A stretch of DNA of 64,000 nt from IMG/VR virus record IMGVR_UViG_3300032245_001163; one strand, 5' to 3'. The notes beneath the pieces are model-generated. The model was not told where the DNA came from and did not search any database. It saw only the letters and a list, made by a program, of their open reading frames with translations. Position numbers and translations under genes: made by a program. Below, in pieces: positions 20,101 through 30,200 of the stretch (position 1 is the first letter of the stretch; each line of letters opens with the position of its first letter). Source of the DNA: a virus.

Positions 20101-20474
20101 CGAGTCAAACTTGCAGTTAGTTCTGTCAAGTCAATATCCACACGTTGAACATACGCACGGTTTGTAACACCCAGTGCTGAGTATGCTGCCAACAAGCCAT
20201 ATTCGTTGAGTTCATAACCATTGATAGGTGTGCCAGTTGTGGTGTTGTAAAAGAATGGCACACCAAATGTTGCTGCCAAATCACGTTGACTGGTGATGAG
20301 ATACGTTTTGTTTGCATTGGCAGCGGTTGTACCTGCTGCAACTCCGACTCCAGCAGCATCAGCTTTGTTTTGTGCGGTTGCTACTAAAAAGTAAGGGACT
20401 GTGTTTACAGCGGAAGGGATATACTGACTCTCGTCAATTACTGTTACTTCTACGCCTGGTGATACTAGTGCCAT
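17139..20474 (-). CDS. gp18: Contractile tail sheath protein (gp18-like) with large insertion domains
   Basis: MALVSPGVEVTVIDES N-terminus; PWLAPAGTRRG, INPI, ALDRINVARL, FEPND, EFIYIP. Confidence 0.95.
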   Translation of the reverse strand: MALVSPGVEVTVIDESQYIPSAVNTVPYFLVATAQNKADAAGVGVAAGTTAANANKTYLITSQRDLAATFGVPFFYNTTTGTPINGYELNEYGLLAAYSALGVTNRAYVQRVDIDLTELTASLTRPTGNPNNGTYWLDTSTSLWGIFEWDQTAATFTNQVPIVITDTADVVDYATGDYTPISTIGSIGDYAVSAVSLNNQNYYKNSDNDWVLLGSDDWKTSWPTVQGTNSVSGAGLQPGSNMYINGTLVTVPSAVGPATLTTVAAFAAAITSALAASGITAAAVSNKLTLYADSSATNDGSTDNGGVVSIQTGTSPGTQPVLLTALGISPVEYRAPSYFPGYSYQAPRWRTTDTAPAPTGSVWQNISTASNGMSLKLKQYSAALDTWVAQSSPVYSYDGAANYGLDPTGGGKNIPVGSTYVQYNSEAYNTTPNQNAAFLLLERVALGATVVTGITTPGSNGDSLFVQSNQFNIYATSAGSDATTGPYSVTLSGTSVASFITDISAANVPYVSASVNSAGNIVFTHSQGGAIYLDNITGTPVTTAGFTLTGSTPTPKVRQDQAAGFLVLSNWVTADLFSYTASDTAPDQNPADGRLWYYSSISDVDIMIQDNGTWQGYQNVTNDTRGFDLTLTNASGPIIAATEPLTQNDAAESPLQYGDLWIDSSDLENYPKMYRWEQVSGTDQWVAVDTTDQITSNGILFADARWAPNGTTDPVADPFPTIESLLTSDYLDLDAPDPALYPQGMLLWNTRRSGYNVKSFQSNYFNSTTFPDDTLPAVTNTWLTASGNKDDGAMYAGRLAQRKLIVAAMKSGIDTSLAAREEQNQFNLIAAPGYPELLTNLVALSNERANTLFVVGDTPMRLSNSGTDLVTHATNNNGLGVPTDDGLTIGSAYAAVFYPSCQTTDLSGNAVVAPPTHMMVRTILRSDAVSYPWLAPAGTRRGVVDNADAIGYINAQTGEFVQLAVGQGVRDILYENNINPITFIPGIGITNFGNKTRQGATTALDRINVARLICFLRGRLEEIGKLYLFEPNDQITRNEITNTVNSLMIDLIAKRAIYDYLVVCDLSNNTPARIDRNELWVDVAIEPVKAVEFIYIPLRIKNTGEISGLNA

Positions 20475-20499
20475 GGTTGGTTCCTTTTCAAGTTATTGA

Positions 20500-20507
20500 T
20501 ATTTATA
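20500..20507 (-). promoter_or_regulatory. T4-type late promoter TATAAATA for the sheath gene
   Basis: Exact TATAAATA on the minus strand upstream of AAGGA SD. Confidence 0.75.
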
Positions 20508-20570
20508 GGCATACCCAAAAAAACCCAGTTTATGCTGCCCTTTGGCAAAGGTCCAGCCCATAAATACCCC

Positions 20571-20915
20571 ATGAGACCTATATGTAAAGCCTGCAATCAA
20601 CGCCCTTGTGCTGTGAATTACATCCGAGAAGATATCACACACTATCGCAGCCGATGCGAAACTTGCCAACGCAAGAACAAAGGAATCAAACCTAGAGAGC
20701 CGCGGTGGAAATCCTCAGGCTACAAGAAAAAACCCGCATGTGATAGATGCGGGTTCAAAGCAAGAATTGCCAGTCAGTTGTTAGTGTATCACATTGATGG
20801 TGATCTCAACAATGCCACTGTAAGAAACTTGCGAACAGTTTGTCGTAATTGTGTGGAAGAAATCGCCCGAGTAGAAGTTACTTGGCGGGCGGGTGATCTT
20901 GAACCAGACGCTTGA
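20571..20915 (+). CDS. Zn-finger/HNH endonuclease-like protein
   Basis: CxxC pairs, CDRCGF...VYHIDGDLNN...NLRTVCRNC; start revised to ATG 20571, 4 nt after TAAATA. Confidence 0.75.
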   Translation: MRPICKACNQRPCAVNYIREDITHYRSRCETCQRKNKGIKPREPRWKSSGYKKKPACDRCGFKARIASQLLVYHIDGDLNNATVRNLRTVCRNCVEEIARVEVTWRAGDLEPDA

Positions 20916-21528
20916 CTTGTTGATACAAGTCATCTAGTGTGCCGTTGTTGTCCAACACTACGTCAAACTTTGTGCCCACCCAGGACGTTTCACTAGCATG
21001 CACACCCAGTTGATCCAGTCGGCGCCCACTCAATGCCCAGGTTGAGTTGCCATTGGGTCCACGATTTACACTCACAGCCGCATCGTACCACTCGGGCTCA
21101 GGACCACGCACCACACGCACCACTATGCCACCTGATTGTTTGATGGCTTGAATTTCGTTGGGAAATCTGCAATCGCTTATGACAACATCGTCCCGGCTGT
21201 TGCGCAGTTTGTTTTCCAAGCTGGCAATCCAGATGTCATCGTGAAAGTTCTTGCGGCATACTTCTGTACCCCACTGCTGTAGTATATAACGGGGAGTTAG
21301 ATGTGGTATGCCCAGGCGTTGAGCCCACCATGGGTCCACTTGCTCACGCCACTCACGGGCCATCTTTGTGCGCCCTTCCAGCATGGTTCTGTCCCAGCCA
21401 AACACCTGTGCCACTGCATCTTTGAGTGTGTTGGCAAAACTTTCACGTCGGAAGTGATGTAAATTTACAAGATAGTCTGCAATAGTGTCTTTGCCTGAAC
21501 CAATAAATCCACAAATTCCAATGATCAT
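20878..21528 (-). CDS. Deoxynucleoside monophosphate kinase (T4 gp1-like)
   Basis: GFIGSGKDT P-loop, SFANTLKD, LQQWGTE, ISDCRFPNE, HASE. Confidence 0.92.
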   Translation of the reverse strand: MIIGICGFIGSGKDTIADYLVNLHHFRRESFANTLKDAVAQVFGWDRTMLEGRTKMAREWREQVDPWWAQRLGIPHLTPRYILQQWGTEVCRKNFHDDIWIASLENKLRNSRDDVVISDCRFPNEIQAIKQSGGIVVRVVRGPEPEWYDAAVSVNRGPNGNSTWALSGRRLDQLGVHASETSWVGTKFDVVLDNNGTLDDLYQQVKRLVQDHPPAK

Positions 21529-22043
21529 GCCAGTTCCTTGATGTTTAAATGTTGCAAGGTTGCTTGTAGCAAGTCGATTTGTCTGCGGCAGTCCTCCAGC
21601 GCATGATGACTGGTGGCTGGCTTGGGCAACCCTGGATACAAACTATATACCGTTCGTGCATCACGTATCTTATAATACTGCCATGGCAGGGGTTTACCAT
21701 AACTCTTGTAGGCATGCTCAAGGATGTTGGCATCGTATGTAGGACCGTTCATCCAGATGCGATTGCACTTCCAGCATAACCGGTGCAGTTCATCCAAGGC
21801 CTGATCCAAGGGTATACGTCCATCTTCTGCAAAGGCTTCGTCCTGTGCGGCTCCTTGGGTGGCCCACCAGTTTATGGTGCCTTGTTCAATGGTGCGATTT
21901 TCTTGGCTTTCAAGATCTATGCGGGCATAGTATTGATGCTGGTAGTAGCCAGAGCCAAGAGGGTCAAATGCCTGAGCCGCAATGGTTAAGATTGTTGATT
22001 CAGGGCCTGTGGCCAAACCTTCGATGTCGATCATTAAGTCCAT
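21525..22043 (-). CDS. 3'-5' exonuclease, DexA/DEDDh-like
   Basis: LMIDIE, NGPTYD, RDART, HHALEDC. Confidence 0.85.
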   Translation of the reverse strand: MDLMIDIEGLATGPESTILTIAAQAFDPLGSGYYQHQYYARIDLESQENRTIEQGTINWWATQGAAQDEAFAEDGRIPLDQALDELHRLCWKCNRIWMNGPTYDANILEHAYKSYGKPLPWQYYKIRDARTVYSLYPGLPKPATSHHALEDCRRQIDLLQATLQHLNIKELA

Positions 22044-22048
22044 GCTAC

Positions 22049-22077
22049 ATTATAGCAGGATTTTAGAAAAAAGTGTA
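22049..22077 (-). promoter_or_regulatory. Sigma70-type promoter (extended -10 TGcTATAAT) for the exonuclease/dNMP kinase pair
   Basis: TACACT-N17-TATAAT; ATG follows 5 nt after the -10 box. Confidence 0.55.
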
Positions 22078-22083
22078 TGCAGT

Positions 22084-22854
22084 TTAGCCAATAACGAATG
22101 TAAGAGGCTGCGAACCATCTACATACATTACCAATTGATTGATTAAAAGGTCCATTTCAATTTTGGCTTCTGATTTCATGGCAGTGCCATTTAGGGTGCC
22201 ACCACCTTGTGGTCCTGCAATTTGCCCAAATTTTTCACGAGCTTCACCAATGATCATTTTGCAGTTGGCTACCATGTAGTCCTTGATCCATTGGCTGATT
22301 TGATGATCACTGAGTAGGTTGAACTCAGGTTTCAAGTTATAGGTCCACAACAACACAGTTTCTCCTGACCCTTTGGGATCACGGATCAGTTGCAGTTTCT
22401 TGGTAACAGGATTCCAAGTGTAGTTCATGTACGCACCAAACATACGTCCAGCCAGTTCAATGTATTGAGTATAAAAATCGTAAGTGGCCAGACCGCCCGC
22501 TACATTGAAATTCATCAAGTACACGTTGATTGACGCTTGTGCAAACGGGTCAAAGTTTGATGCAAACGGTCCCGAACTGTCGCCAAATGTTCTACGGAAA
22601 ATTTGACGTACTGAAACTACTTCTTGAGGCAGTTCGTAAATGTTAACGTCAGACACCAACTGCATGAAACTATAACTTTCTTCATAGGCGTTGTTGGCTC
22701 GTTGGCGATAAGTGCCTATGGTTTTTTGATAAGCCGCTTCGTAGTGTGCTGGGTCTAGTTCTAGGTCAATGATATCACCGCCCAACTGAAGTTTAACATA
22801 TTCAATTAAGTTTTGCTTCAGTGTGGGCAGTGATTGTTGTTGCTGTTCTGGCAT
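22084..22854 (-). CDS. gp13: Neck protein (gp13-like)
   Basis: LIEYVKLQLGGDIIDLEL, WIKDYMVANCK...GEAREKF...GPQGGGTLNG; start revised to ATG 22854 with GGAG SD. Confidence 0.8.
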   Translation of the reverse strand: MPEQQQQSLPTLKQNLIEYVKLQLGGDIIDLELDPAHYEAAYQKTIGTYRQRANNAYEESYSFMQLVSDVNIYELPQEVVSVRQIFRRTFGDSSGPFASNFDPFAQASINVYLMNFNVAGGLATYDFYTQYIELAGRMFGAYMNYTWNPVTKKLQLIRDPKGSGETVLLWTYNLKPEFNLLSDHQISQWIKDYMVANCKMIIGEAREKFGQIAGPQGGGTLNGTAMKSEAKIEMDLLINQLVMYVDGSQPLTFVIG

Positions 22855-22876
22855 GTGGGACTCCAAGTCCCTGTAT

Positions 22877-24013
22877 TTACCAGGCTTTTAGGATGACCAG
22901 GTTCTCAGTTCCGCGTCCGTTGAACGGGGTTTCTGTTGTAGTAAGGTCTTTGTAGATCTTACGTGCTGCCGGCTTGCCTGCGGCTTGCACTGCTCGGACA
23001 ACATCTGCTGGCTTGCGCACAGTTTTCTGCATGGTCTCAATGGTGCTGAAACCAATGATGCTGTTGCTTTTCACAGTGAATGCCTGTGTGTGGCTGTCAG
23101 CAACAAGGTGGATCAACTTGCGCTTTTTGGTGTCATACAACCAGGCTTCGGCTTTGTCCACAAGACTTGCGGCTGGCAAACCTTTGAGTTTGAGTTCAGC
23201 AAATTCCATTAACACCTTGAACTTGGCCGCACGTTTCTCAGGTGGCACTGACTTGACCTTGCGTGGTTTGCGTTCAACCTTCTTGATCTGCACATACGCA
23301 CCGCAGTCATTGATCACTGCTTCGCAAAACTTCACAATGTTGCGCATTTGAATCTTGGAGAAGTTGCTGTAGCCTTCTGCCAGTTGTGCATCCTTGCCCT
23401 CTATGGCAGTTTCAAACTCTGCAAGTTTGTGCTTCCACAAGTTGGCAATGTCTGAAATCATCTGCGGAGCCACGTTCATGCCACGGATCACTGTAATGGG
23501 TTTGTAGTCCGCACTCATCTTGGCACCGTTCACAACAAACTCATCAAACATGCCGTCCAATTCACCTGCACACTCCGATACCTTTTCACGGAGTCGATCT
23601 TGAATGTTGGGCTTGGCTGCCACAGGCACGGCTTCTACCACTGCCGCTTCGGGCTCACGTGCCTTTAATATTTCCTGGATATACCCTTCTAGCCGAACTG
23701 TTTCAGTGTCTGTGAGTTCCAGCCCCACCATGCTCATGCGGCACAACCATGCAGTGGTCAAGCGAACTGCTGAGTCTGGTACACCTTTCAGCGCACGAAC
23801 ATCTGCTTTGCGTCCGTGATGTTCCAAGTATGCTACCAGCATTTCGCGGGCATCCTTTTTGCCATAAAAGTAATTGTACCATGAAAAGGCAGCACTGAGT
23901 TGGCTGGTGCGATCATCTGTGGGTTGCACACGCCATGTGGGCTCCAGTCCTGTGTATTTGGTATCAGGACTGCGAGGGTTCATTGGCTTGACAGCGGCTC
24001 GTGTTGCGTTCAT
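22877..24013 (-). CDS. Conserved T4-like hypothetical protein, early-expressed
   Basis: 378 aa; C-terminal WLYDTKKRKL...KTVRKP...NGRGTENLVILKAW; strong sigma70 promoter and AGGAG SD. Confidence 0.75.
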   Translation of the reverse strand: MNATRAAVKPMNPRSPDTKYTGLEPTWRVQPTDDRTSQLSAAFSWYNYFYGKKDAREMLVAYLEHHGRKADVRALKGVPDSAVRLTTAWLCRMSMVGLELTDTETVRLEGYIQEILKAREPEAAVVEAVPVAAKPNIQDRLREKVSECAGELDGMFDEFVVNGAKMSADYKPITVIRGMNVAPQMISDIANLWKHKLAEFETAIEGKDAQLAEGYSNFSKIQMRNIVKFCEAVINDCGAYVQIKKVERKPRKVKSVPPEKRAAKFKVLMEFAELKLKGLPAASLVDKAEAWLYDTKKRKLIHLVADSHTQAFTVKSNSIIGFSTIETMQKTVRKPADVVRAVQAAGKPAARKIYKDLTTTETPFNGRGTENLVILKAW

Positions 24014-24039
24014 ATGGGCTCCTGGTGAATTTATACGTA

Positions 24040-24068
24040 ATTATAGCAGAATTGGCTTTATTGGTCAA
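24040..24068 (-). promoter_or_regulatory. Consensus sigma70 early promoter
   Basis: TTGACC-N17-TATAAT with extended TG. Confidence 0.85.
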
Positions 24069-24094
24069 CCCCGGAAAAGGTAAACCCAAAGTAC

Positions 24095-24102
24095 TATAAA
24101 TA
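24095..24102 (+). promoter_or_regulatory. Late promoter TATAAATA for gp14
   Basis: Exact T4 late consensus, 4 nt before ATG 24107. Confidence 0.75.
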
Positions 24103-24106
24103 TAAC

Positions 24107-25447
24107 ATGCCACGCTTATCCCTATACCGCCCAAATAGAACCAGAGATTATCAATTTTTGGACCGCACCATCAGTGAAATGTACACTGTGGGCGGCTTGG
24201 ACATTTATGTTCACAAGTACAAAGGACCGCAAGCCGGCGGCAACGACAGTGCATTGAGTGGCAATTTTGATGCCACACAACCCACATATGACACAGTGGA
24301 TGTGCTGAACATTCAAGACTTGCTGTTGCTGGAAAACCGCGACAGAGTGTATGATCCTGATGTGTATGTCATGCGCGGTGTGTATAACACACAGGATGTA
24401 GATTTTGATTTGACACAGTTTGGACTATTCCTAAACAACGACACCATATTCATGACGTTTCACTACAATGACATGATTGACACATTTGGTCGCAAACTCA
24501 TGAACGGTGATGTGATTGAGATTCCCAACTTAAAAGACTATCATCCGCTGAACCAAAACATACCCAAGGCCCTGCCTAGATACTATGTGATACAAGATGC
24601 AGACTTTGCGTCAGAAGGTTTCAGTCAAACATGGTTGCCTCACTTGTGGCGTGTGAAATGCACACCCATGAAGGATCAGCAAGAGTTCAACCAAATTACC
24701 AACAAACCGTTTGTGCAAGAAAACATCTGGGATCCAGGCAACTTCTATCCCACTGGCACTGTTGTAAACTATGGCGACGTCTACTATCAAGCACAAACCA
24801 ATGTGCCCGCGGATACTCCTATTACAAACACTGCATTCTGGCAAGAGTATACACCAGCAACCATTAGTGATGTGCAAGGCACACGCGACAAAGATTACGA
24901 AATCAATGATGCAATTTTGGCACAAGCAGATGCAGAGGTACCACTCAGTGGTTATCAAAACGACATATTCTACATTGAGCCTACCACGCCCACAGGCGAG
25001 CCTGCCAACCCTGCAGGACTTACCACTGACAGTGGCACCACTGTGGATGGCACACAAGGTGGCATGGATACTACACCCACAGGGGAAGGATACACTGCTG
25101 GATATCTCACTGGCGGCGGTACCGCACCCAATGGCATGCCAGTTACACCTGCGGTACAATTCCCGCCTAATCCTGTTACAGGAGATTACGTGCTAAGATT
25201 GGATTACAAACCCAACAGATTGTTCCGCTACAATGGCAAAATGTGGGTTAAAATTGACACCAATGTTCGCACTGACCTCAACAATGGGCCTAATAATAAG
25301 ACCTTGCGTAGCAGTTTTGTAAATAACACAGGCACAGTAAACACCAAAGACTTGGGCAATATTCCAAGTCGCCAAAGTCTCAGCGAAATTCTTCGCCCAC
25401 GTGCAGACAATGGTGATCAAGGTGGCTTCTTACCGCCAGGAACATAA
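24107..25447 (+). CDS. gp14: Neck protein (gp14-like) with inserted carbohydrate-binding-like module
   Basis: LTQFGL...GDVIEIP gp14-type core; located between gp13 and gp15. Confidence 0.65.
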   Translation: MPRLSLYRPNRTRDYQFLDRTISEMYTVGGLDIYVHKYKGPQAGGNDSALSGNFDATQPTYDTVDVLNIQDLLLLENRDRVYDPDVYVMRGVYNTQDVDFDLTQFGLFLNNDTIFMTFHYNDMIDTFGRKLMNGDVIEIPNLKDYHPLNQNIPKALPRYYVIQDADFASEGFSQTWLPHLWRVKCTPMKDQQEFNQITNKPFVQENIWDPGNFYPTGTVVNYGDVYYQAQTNVPADTPITNTAFWQEYTPATISDVQGTRDKDYEINDAILAQADAEVPLSGYQNDIFYIEPTTPTGEPANPAGLTTDSGTTVDGTQGGMDTTPTGEGYTAGYLTGGGTAPNGMPVTPAVQFPPNPVTGDYVLRLDYKPNRLFRYNGKMWVKIDTNVRTDLNNGPNNKTLRSSFVNNTGTVNTKDLGNIPSRQSLSEILRPRADNGDQGGFLPPGT

Positions 25448-26850
25448 TGCAACAATTCTTTTACGACGAACAGATACGCAGGTTCTTACTGCAATTCACC
25501 AGAATCTTTTCAGGATTCCAAATAGAGTACGCCAACGAAAACGACGGAGTAAATGCTGCCGCACTGATTCGTGTTCCTGTGCGGTATGGCGATGCCACAC
25601 GCAATGCTCAAACCATCTTGCAAGAAAACAGTCGCAACAGTTTGCCTAGTACTCCGTTGATGACATTTTATATCACTGGCCTGGACTACGAACAAAGCCG
25701 CATGCAAGATCCTTACTTTGTAAGCAAGATCAATGTGCGTCAACGCACCTATGACACAGTAACAGAAAGTTATGAAACCACACAAGGCAGTGCGTTTACC
25801 ATTGAACGCTTGATGCCTGTGCCGTACAAACTCACTATCAACTTGGACATATGGACATCAAACACCAATCAGAAGTTGCAGATTTTAGAACAAATTCTCA
25901 CACTATTCAATCCCAGTTTAGAAATTCAAAGCACAGACAACTTCATTGACTGGACCAGTTTGAGTGTGATGTATTTGGATCGCACAGTATGGAGCAGTCG
26001 TACAGTGCCCATTGGAACAGAAAATCCCATTGACATTGCCACGTTGACATTTAGTATGCCAATTTGGATATCTCCACCTGCCAAAGTGTTAAAACTGGGT
26101 GTGATTGAACGTGTGATTGCATCAATGTATGATGCACAAGGCGACTTGAACGATGCTGTAACCAACAGCGATTTGCTGATGGGCACTAGACAAGTAATTA
26201 CACCATTTAACTATGCCGCAGTGTTGATTGGCAACAAACTACAATGTCTGCAACAAAAATATCTTGCTGAAGAGCCCGGCAACGACAGTTTGACTCCGAC
26301 TGAAATTGTGCCTGATTCCAATTTGTTGTGGCCAGCAGTGATTGATTTGTATGGTACTTTGCGCCCCGGAGTGAGTCAAATACGATTGATACAGCCTGAC
26401 GAAACAGAAATTGTAGGTACCATTGCACTAGATCCCAACGATGACAGATTTTTGTTGTTTGATGTGGACATTGATACCACACCACAAAACACACTAGCGC
26501 CTATTGATGCTGTTATCAATCCATTGACTTCTGGTCCACAAGATGGGCTAGACAGTGCCATCGATGGACAACGTTATTTGCTCACAGAAGACACAGGATC
26601 TTTAAACAATCCCAATCCAGCATCTGCTTGGGTAGGTGCCAATGGTCGCGGGCTAGTAGCACAGGCCAACGACATTATTCAATACAGCAACAACTACTGG
26701 CGTGTAGTGTTCCGTGCTGCCACAGAAAACAACACCACACAATATGTTACCAATCTTACCACAGGTATCCAATACCGTTGGATTGGCGATGCTTGGGTCA
26801 AGAGTTATCAAGGTGCATACCCAGGAGGCACCTGGAGGATTGTGTTGTGA
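25447..26850 (+). CDS. gp15: Tail sheath stabilizer/terminator (gp15-like) with C-terminal extension
   Basis: FFYDEQIRRF, RVPVRYG, MPVPY, QILEQILTLFNP, ATLTF. Confidence 0.82.
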   Translation: MQQFFYDEQIRRFLLQFTRIFSGFQIEYANENDGVNAAALIRVPVRYGDATRNAQTILQENSRNSLPSTPLMTFYITGLDYEQSRMQDPYFVSKINVRQRTYDTVTESYETTQGSAFTIERLMPVPYKLTINLDIWTSNTNQKLQILEQILTLFNPSLEIQSTDNFIDWTSLSVMYLDRTVWSSRTVPIGTENPIDIATLTFSMPIWISPPAKVLKLGVIERVIASMYDAQGDLNDAVTNSDLLMGTRQVITPFNYAAVLIGNKLQCLQQKYLAEEPGNDSLTPTEIVPDSNLLWPAVIDLYGTLRPGVSQIRLIQPDETEIVGTIALDPNDDRFLLFDVDIDTTPQNTLAPIDAVINPLTSGPQDGLDSAIDGQRYLLTEDTGSLNNPNPASAWVGANGRGLVAQANDIIQYSNNYWRVVFRAATENNTTQYVTNLTTGIQYRWIGDAWVKSYQGAYPGGTWRIVL

Positions 26851-27272
26851 AGGCAGTGGGAGTTTGGTTTCGTAGCAGTGCTACGGGACGTTATCTATAT
26901 CTATTACGTAACGACACGCGACATCCTGGCTCATGGGGACTGCCCGGTGGCAAAGTAGAATCTGGCGAGACTTTGTTGGGTGCCATGGAACGTGAGTGCA
27001 TTGAAGAGCTAGGATCAATGCCTGAATATCAACGACTTGTTCCCTTGGAAAAATTCACATCATCTGATGGACAATTTGAATACAACACCTGGGTGTGTGT
27101 TGTAGCAGATGACTTTGTACCTGTGCTCAATGAAGAACACATGGGCTATGCTTGGATTGATCGTGGTCAATGGCCTAGGCCCATGCATCCTGGCTTGTGG
27201 TCGACTGTGAACATCGAAGCAGTGCAAAGCAAGATAGACACTGTAGAGCGTTATCTTGCTGGCAGTTCTTAA
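26847..27272 (+). CDS. NUDIX hydrolase
   Basis: Nudix box GGKVESGETLLGAMERECIEELG; start revised to GTG 26847 (GTGA overlap with gp15 stop). Confidence 0.88.
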   Translation: MKAVGVWFRSSATGRYLYLLRNDTRHPGSWGLPGGKVESGETLLGAMERECIEELGSMPEYQRLVPLEKFTSSDGQFEYNTWVCVVADDFVPVLNEEHMGYAWIDRGQWPRPMHPGLWSTVNIEAVQSKIDTVERYLAGSS

Positions 27273-30200
27273 GCCTGGCTTTCCTGGAAACTCAATTGAA
27301 TTTCACCAACTGGTGCTGATTGTGTGCTCAGTGCAGTAATCACCACGGCCAACACTTCTGGTCCATTGGGATAGGTCCCTGTACCCGGAATTGAACTTTG
27401 TCCAATCTGTTTGATCTGTGTTAGATCCAAATTGTTAACACCGGTGGCCTGAATTGGTATGGCAAACAAGCGTTCGCCACCAGTAACGTCTGCTGATACC
27501 GCAGCCACTGTCAGATTCAAGTCATTGGCTGGTGTTGCCCCGCCCAAACTAGTACCAAGAATTTTCACAGTGTCGCCCACAGCATATCCTGATCCAGGAT
27601 TTTGTACCGAAACAGCAGTAGTAGTAGTGGAATACACTGTTTTCAATGCTTGCAACGTGATAGTTACGTTGGCGCCTGACCCAGAACTTGACACGTTGGT
27701 CAGTCCCAAGCCTGAATAAGTTCTAATAGCGCCAGCACTGGTCATAACACCCGAACGCTGGAAACCGCCCACAGTGTTCAATGGCGCGGCTTGGACACCA
27801 CCTGTGGATTCGTTTGAGTAACGCGGAGCCACAGCAAACTGTGTAAAACTGGGTTGGAAACCACCACCAGCATTGTTCAAGCCAGCCCAAGCAGTATTGG
27901 CTGAGTCAATGTTGTTGGGATTCAAAATACCTGTAACCAAGTATCGTCCTGCACTTACGTTCACAGTGAGCGTTTCCAGAGTCAACTGCGCACGATTAAT
28001 CAAGTCACGTTGACCCAAGTCGCCAATCACACTGTTTGAAACACTAGGAGCCAAGCGCATCAAGAACGCAGTTTGGCTGGCACCAGTTGTGGCTGGCAAA
28101 CCATAGTTGCTGCGATTGTATGTGAATGAGAAGCCCTCATCACCGTTGAAGTTACCGTCCATGATAACCGCACTACCCCAGTGACTAACCAAGGGCACAC
28201 AAGTGTTTGAGATCAATATCACACCTGCATTGTCTGCATGAGCAGTGGCTGCACTGCTGGTATAACTGCGGCTTTGTCCTTCGGCCCACTGTGTGAATGT
28301 TGCAGCACGGGTGCAACCAGTTAGATCGTTGCCATTCTTGCCTGAATACTTGATGACCTCACTGTCAATCATCACATACGAAGGATATGTCACTGAAGCC
28401 GGAGGATAGTCTGTAGCATCTCTCAGTGTGATTGTGGTTTGACTGTCTGTAATAGCACCGTTCAATGAGTTCACTGGAGTTTCGTTTATAGCTTCATAAC
28501 GTGCAGGCAAATTACCTGAACGCATGTAGGCTTCATTACTGATGTTGTTGTTGGGACGTCTGTGTGCCCAGTTGAACTTGCCATCTTGTCCACGCAACAT
28601 CCAGATAACTGTACCAGCACCGTACCAGGAATATTCCAACGCATACATCTGCATTTTGCTGGCATCAAGATTGAAGCCTGATGCGCCTGTGCCGTCAAGT
28701 GGATCAATGTTGAAGTCTGCTTGGCGCACACGAATTTCATTGCGCAAGGCCATTTTGACCCGAGTTTGATTGGCCACACCACGGAATGTGGGCACCACGG
28801 TCATTCTGTTGTTGTTGGTGATTGACGCCACACTGTGTGTCATACCTCGGATCACCACAACGTCGCCCACATTCAATTGGTCTTGGAAGCGGCAAGTACC
28901 GTCACCGGTCACAAGGTTGGAGCCAACGCTGACGTTGACCAAGCCTGCTGTTTGGAATGTGCTGGTACGTTGTACTGCATTTACACTAACTCCATTGTTT
29001 TCCCAGAACAAGCCATTTTGATCGTCGAACAGGCCTGCACGAATACATGACCCGCTCCAGCCAGTGACATTGATACGAGGTTGTTGCCCTAATACAGGAG
29101 TAGCACTGCCTAGTACATTTTGCGCCTGTACCACAAATGCAGTATCGCTGGTGATACTTGTGACCACATATCCAGTGTCATCATAGCCTGACGTGGTAAT
29201 ACCACTCAATGCAATAGTAGCACCAGCATTGAGCCCGTGTTCAAGGTCTGTGGTGATTGTGATATTGCTGTTGATAGCAGTGCCACTGGATGTGACTGAG
29301 GACACATCTAATGTGGGTGCCAACACAGTACCTGTGCTGAATAAGATGCCTTTACCAGATTGGTAGCGGAAGTATTTTTTGGTCACACGAGTTGCACTTG
29401 CTCCACGTGTGGGAGTACCTGGTCCCATGAGTACACCACCATCAAACGGTCTTGATTGGAAAACAGCATTGCTTCGCACGTTGACCGTGGCTGCTAGACT
29501 GCCGCTCACAACAGCACCTGCTCTAGCAGTGAACTGGAATGTGGTTGTACTGGGAATGGCGTTTACAATAAACGATCCTTCAGCATAACTGGCATTAGTG
29601 CCTGAGGTCATGTCCACAGTGATCGGGCATCCAGGAAATAGTCCGTGTGCATACTGTGTGGTTATAGTGATGATACTGGGATTGCCGCCATCGCTGGCCA
29701 CGCTCACAACATCAAGGTCGGCACCCGAGTAAGGAAATGCTTGACGCACAGCAGTGTCAGTTTGGTTGATTGGATATCCTGCAGCCACATTAAGAGCGCG
29801 GCGTGGATAGTAAGCAAAGTTGTTGGTTTCGCCCAAGAACACAATGTTGATACCTTCAGCATTGGTTGCTGAAGTATTTTGTAAACTCACGTATTCGTTG
29901 GCATCCAGCGGGGTATCTGTAACGTTGACTGTGACTGTGGGAATGACGTTTGAACCACCATAAAATAAGCCAGTCATGCGAATTAAGGGTGATCCAATGC
30001 CTGCAGTTGTGAGTGCTGTGGTATTGAACTGTGTGCGGCTGATGGTTTGTGTGCCGTTGACTGCGGTACTGGCTGTGGTCATTTTGACCAGTTCCACGTT
30101 GCTGCTCAACTTTTGGAACACGGTACCAGTGGGGAATGTATTGGCTGCTGGAATGTTGTACCAACCACGATTGAGTTGTAGTGTTGTGCCGTCAGTGACT

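Noticed and set aside
20496-20570. Longer start for the HNH gene
   Set aside because: Spans the intergenic promoter region; ATG 20571 follows TAAATA
26628-26846. N-terminal extension of the NUDIX ORF
   Set aside because: Overlaps gp15 in another frame; GTG 26847 in a GTGA overlap is the better start
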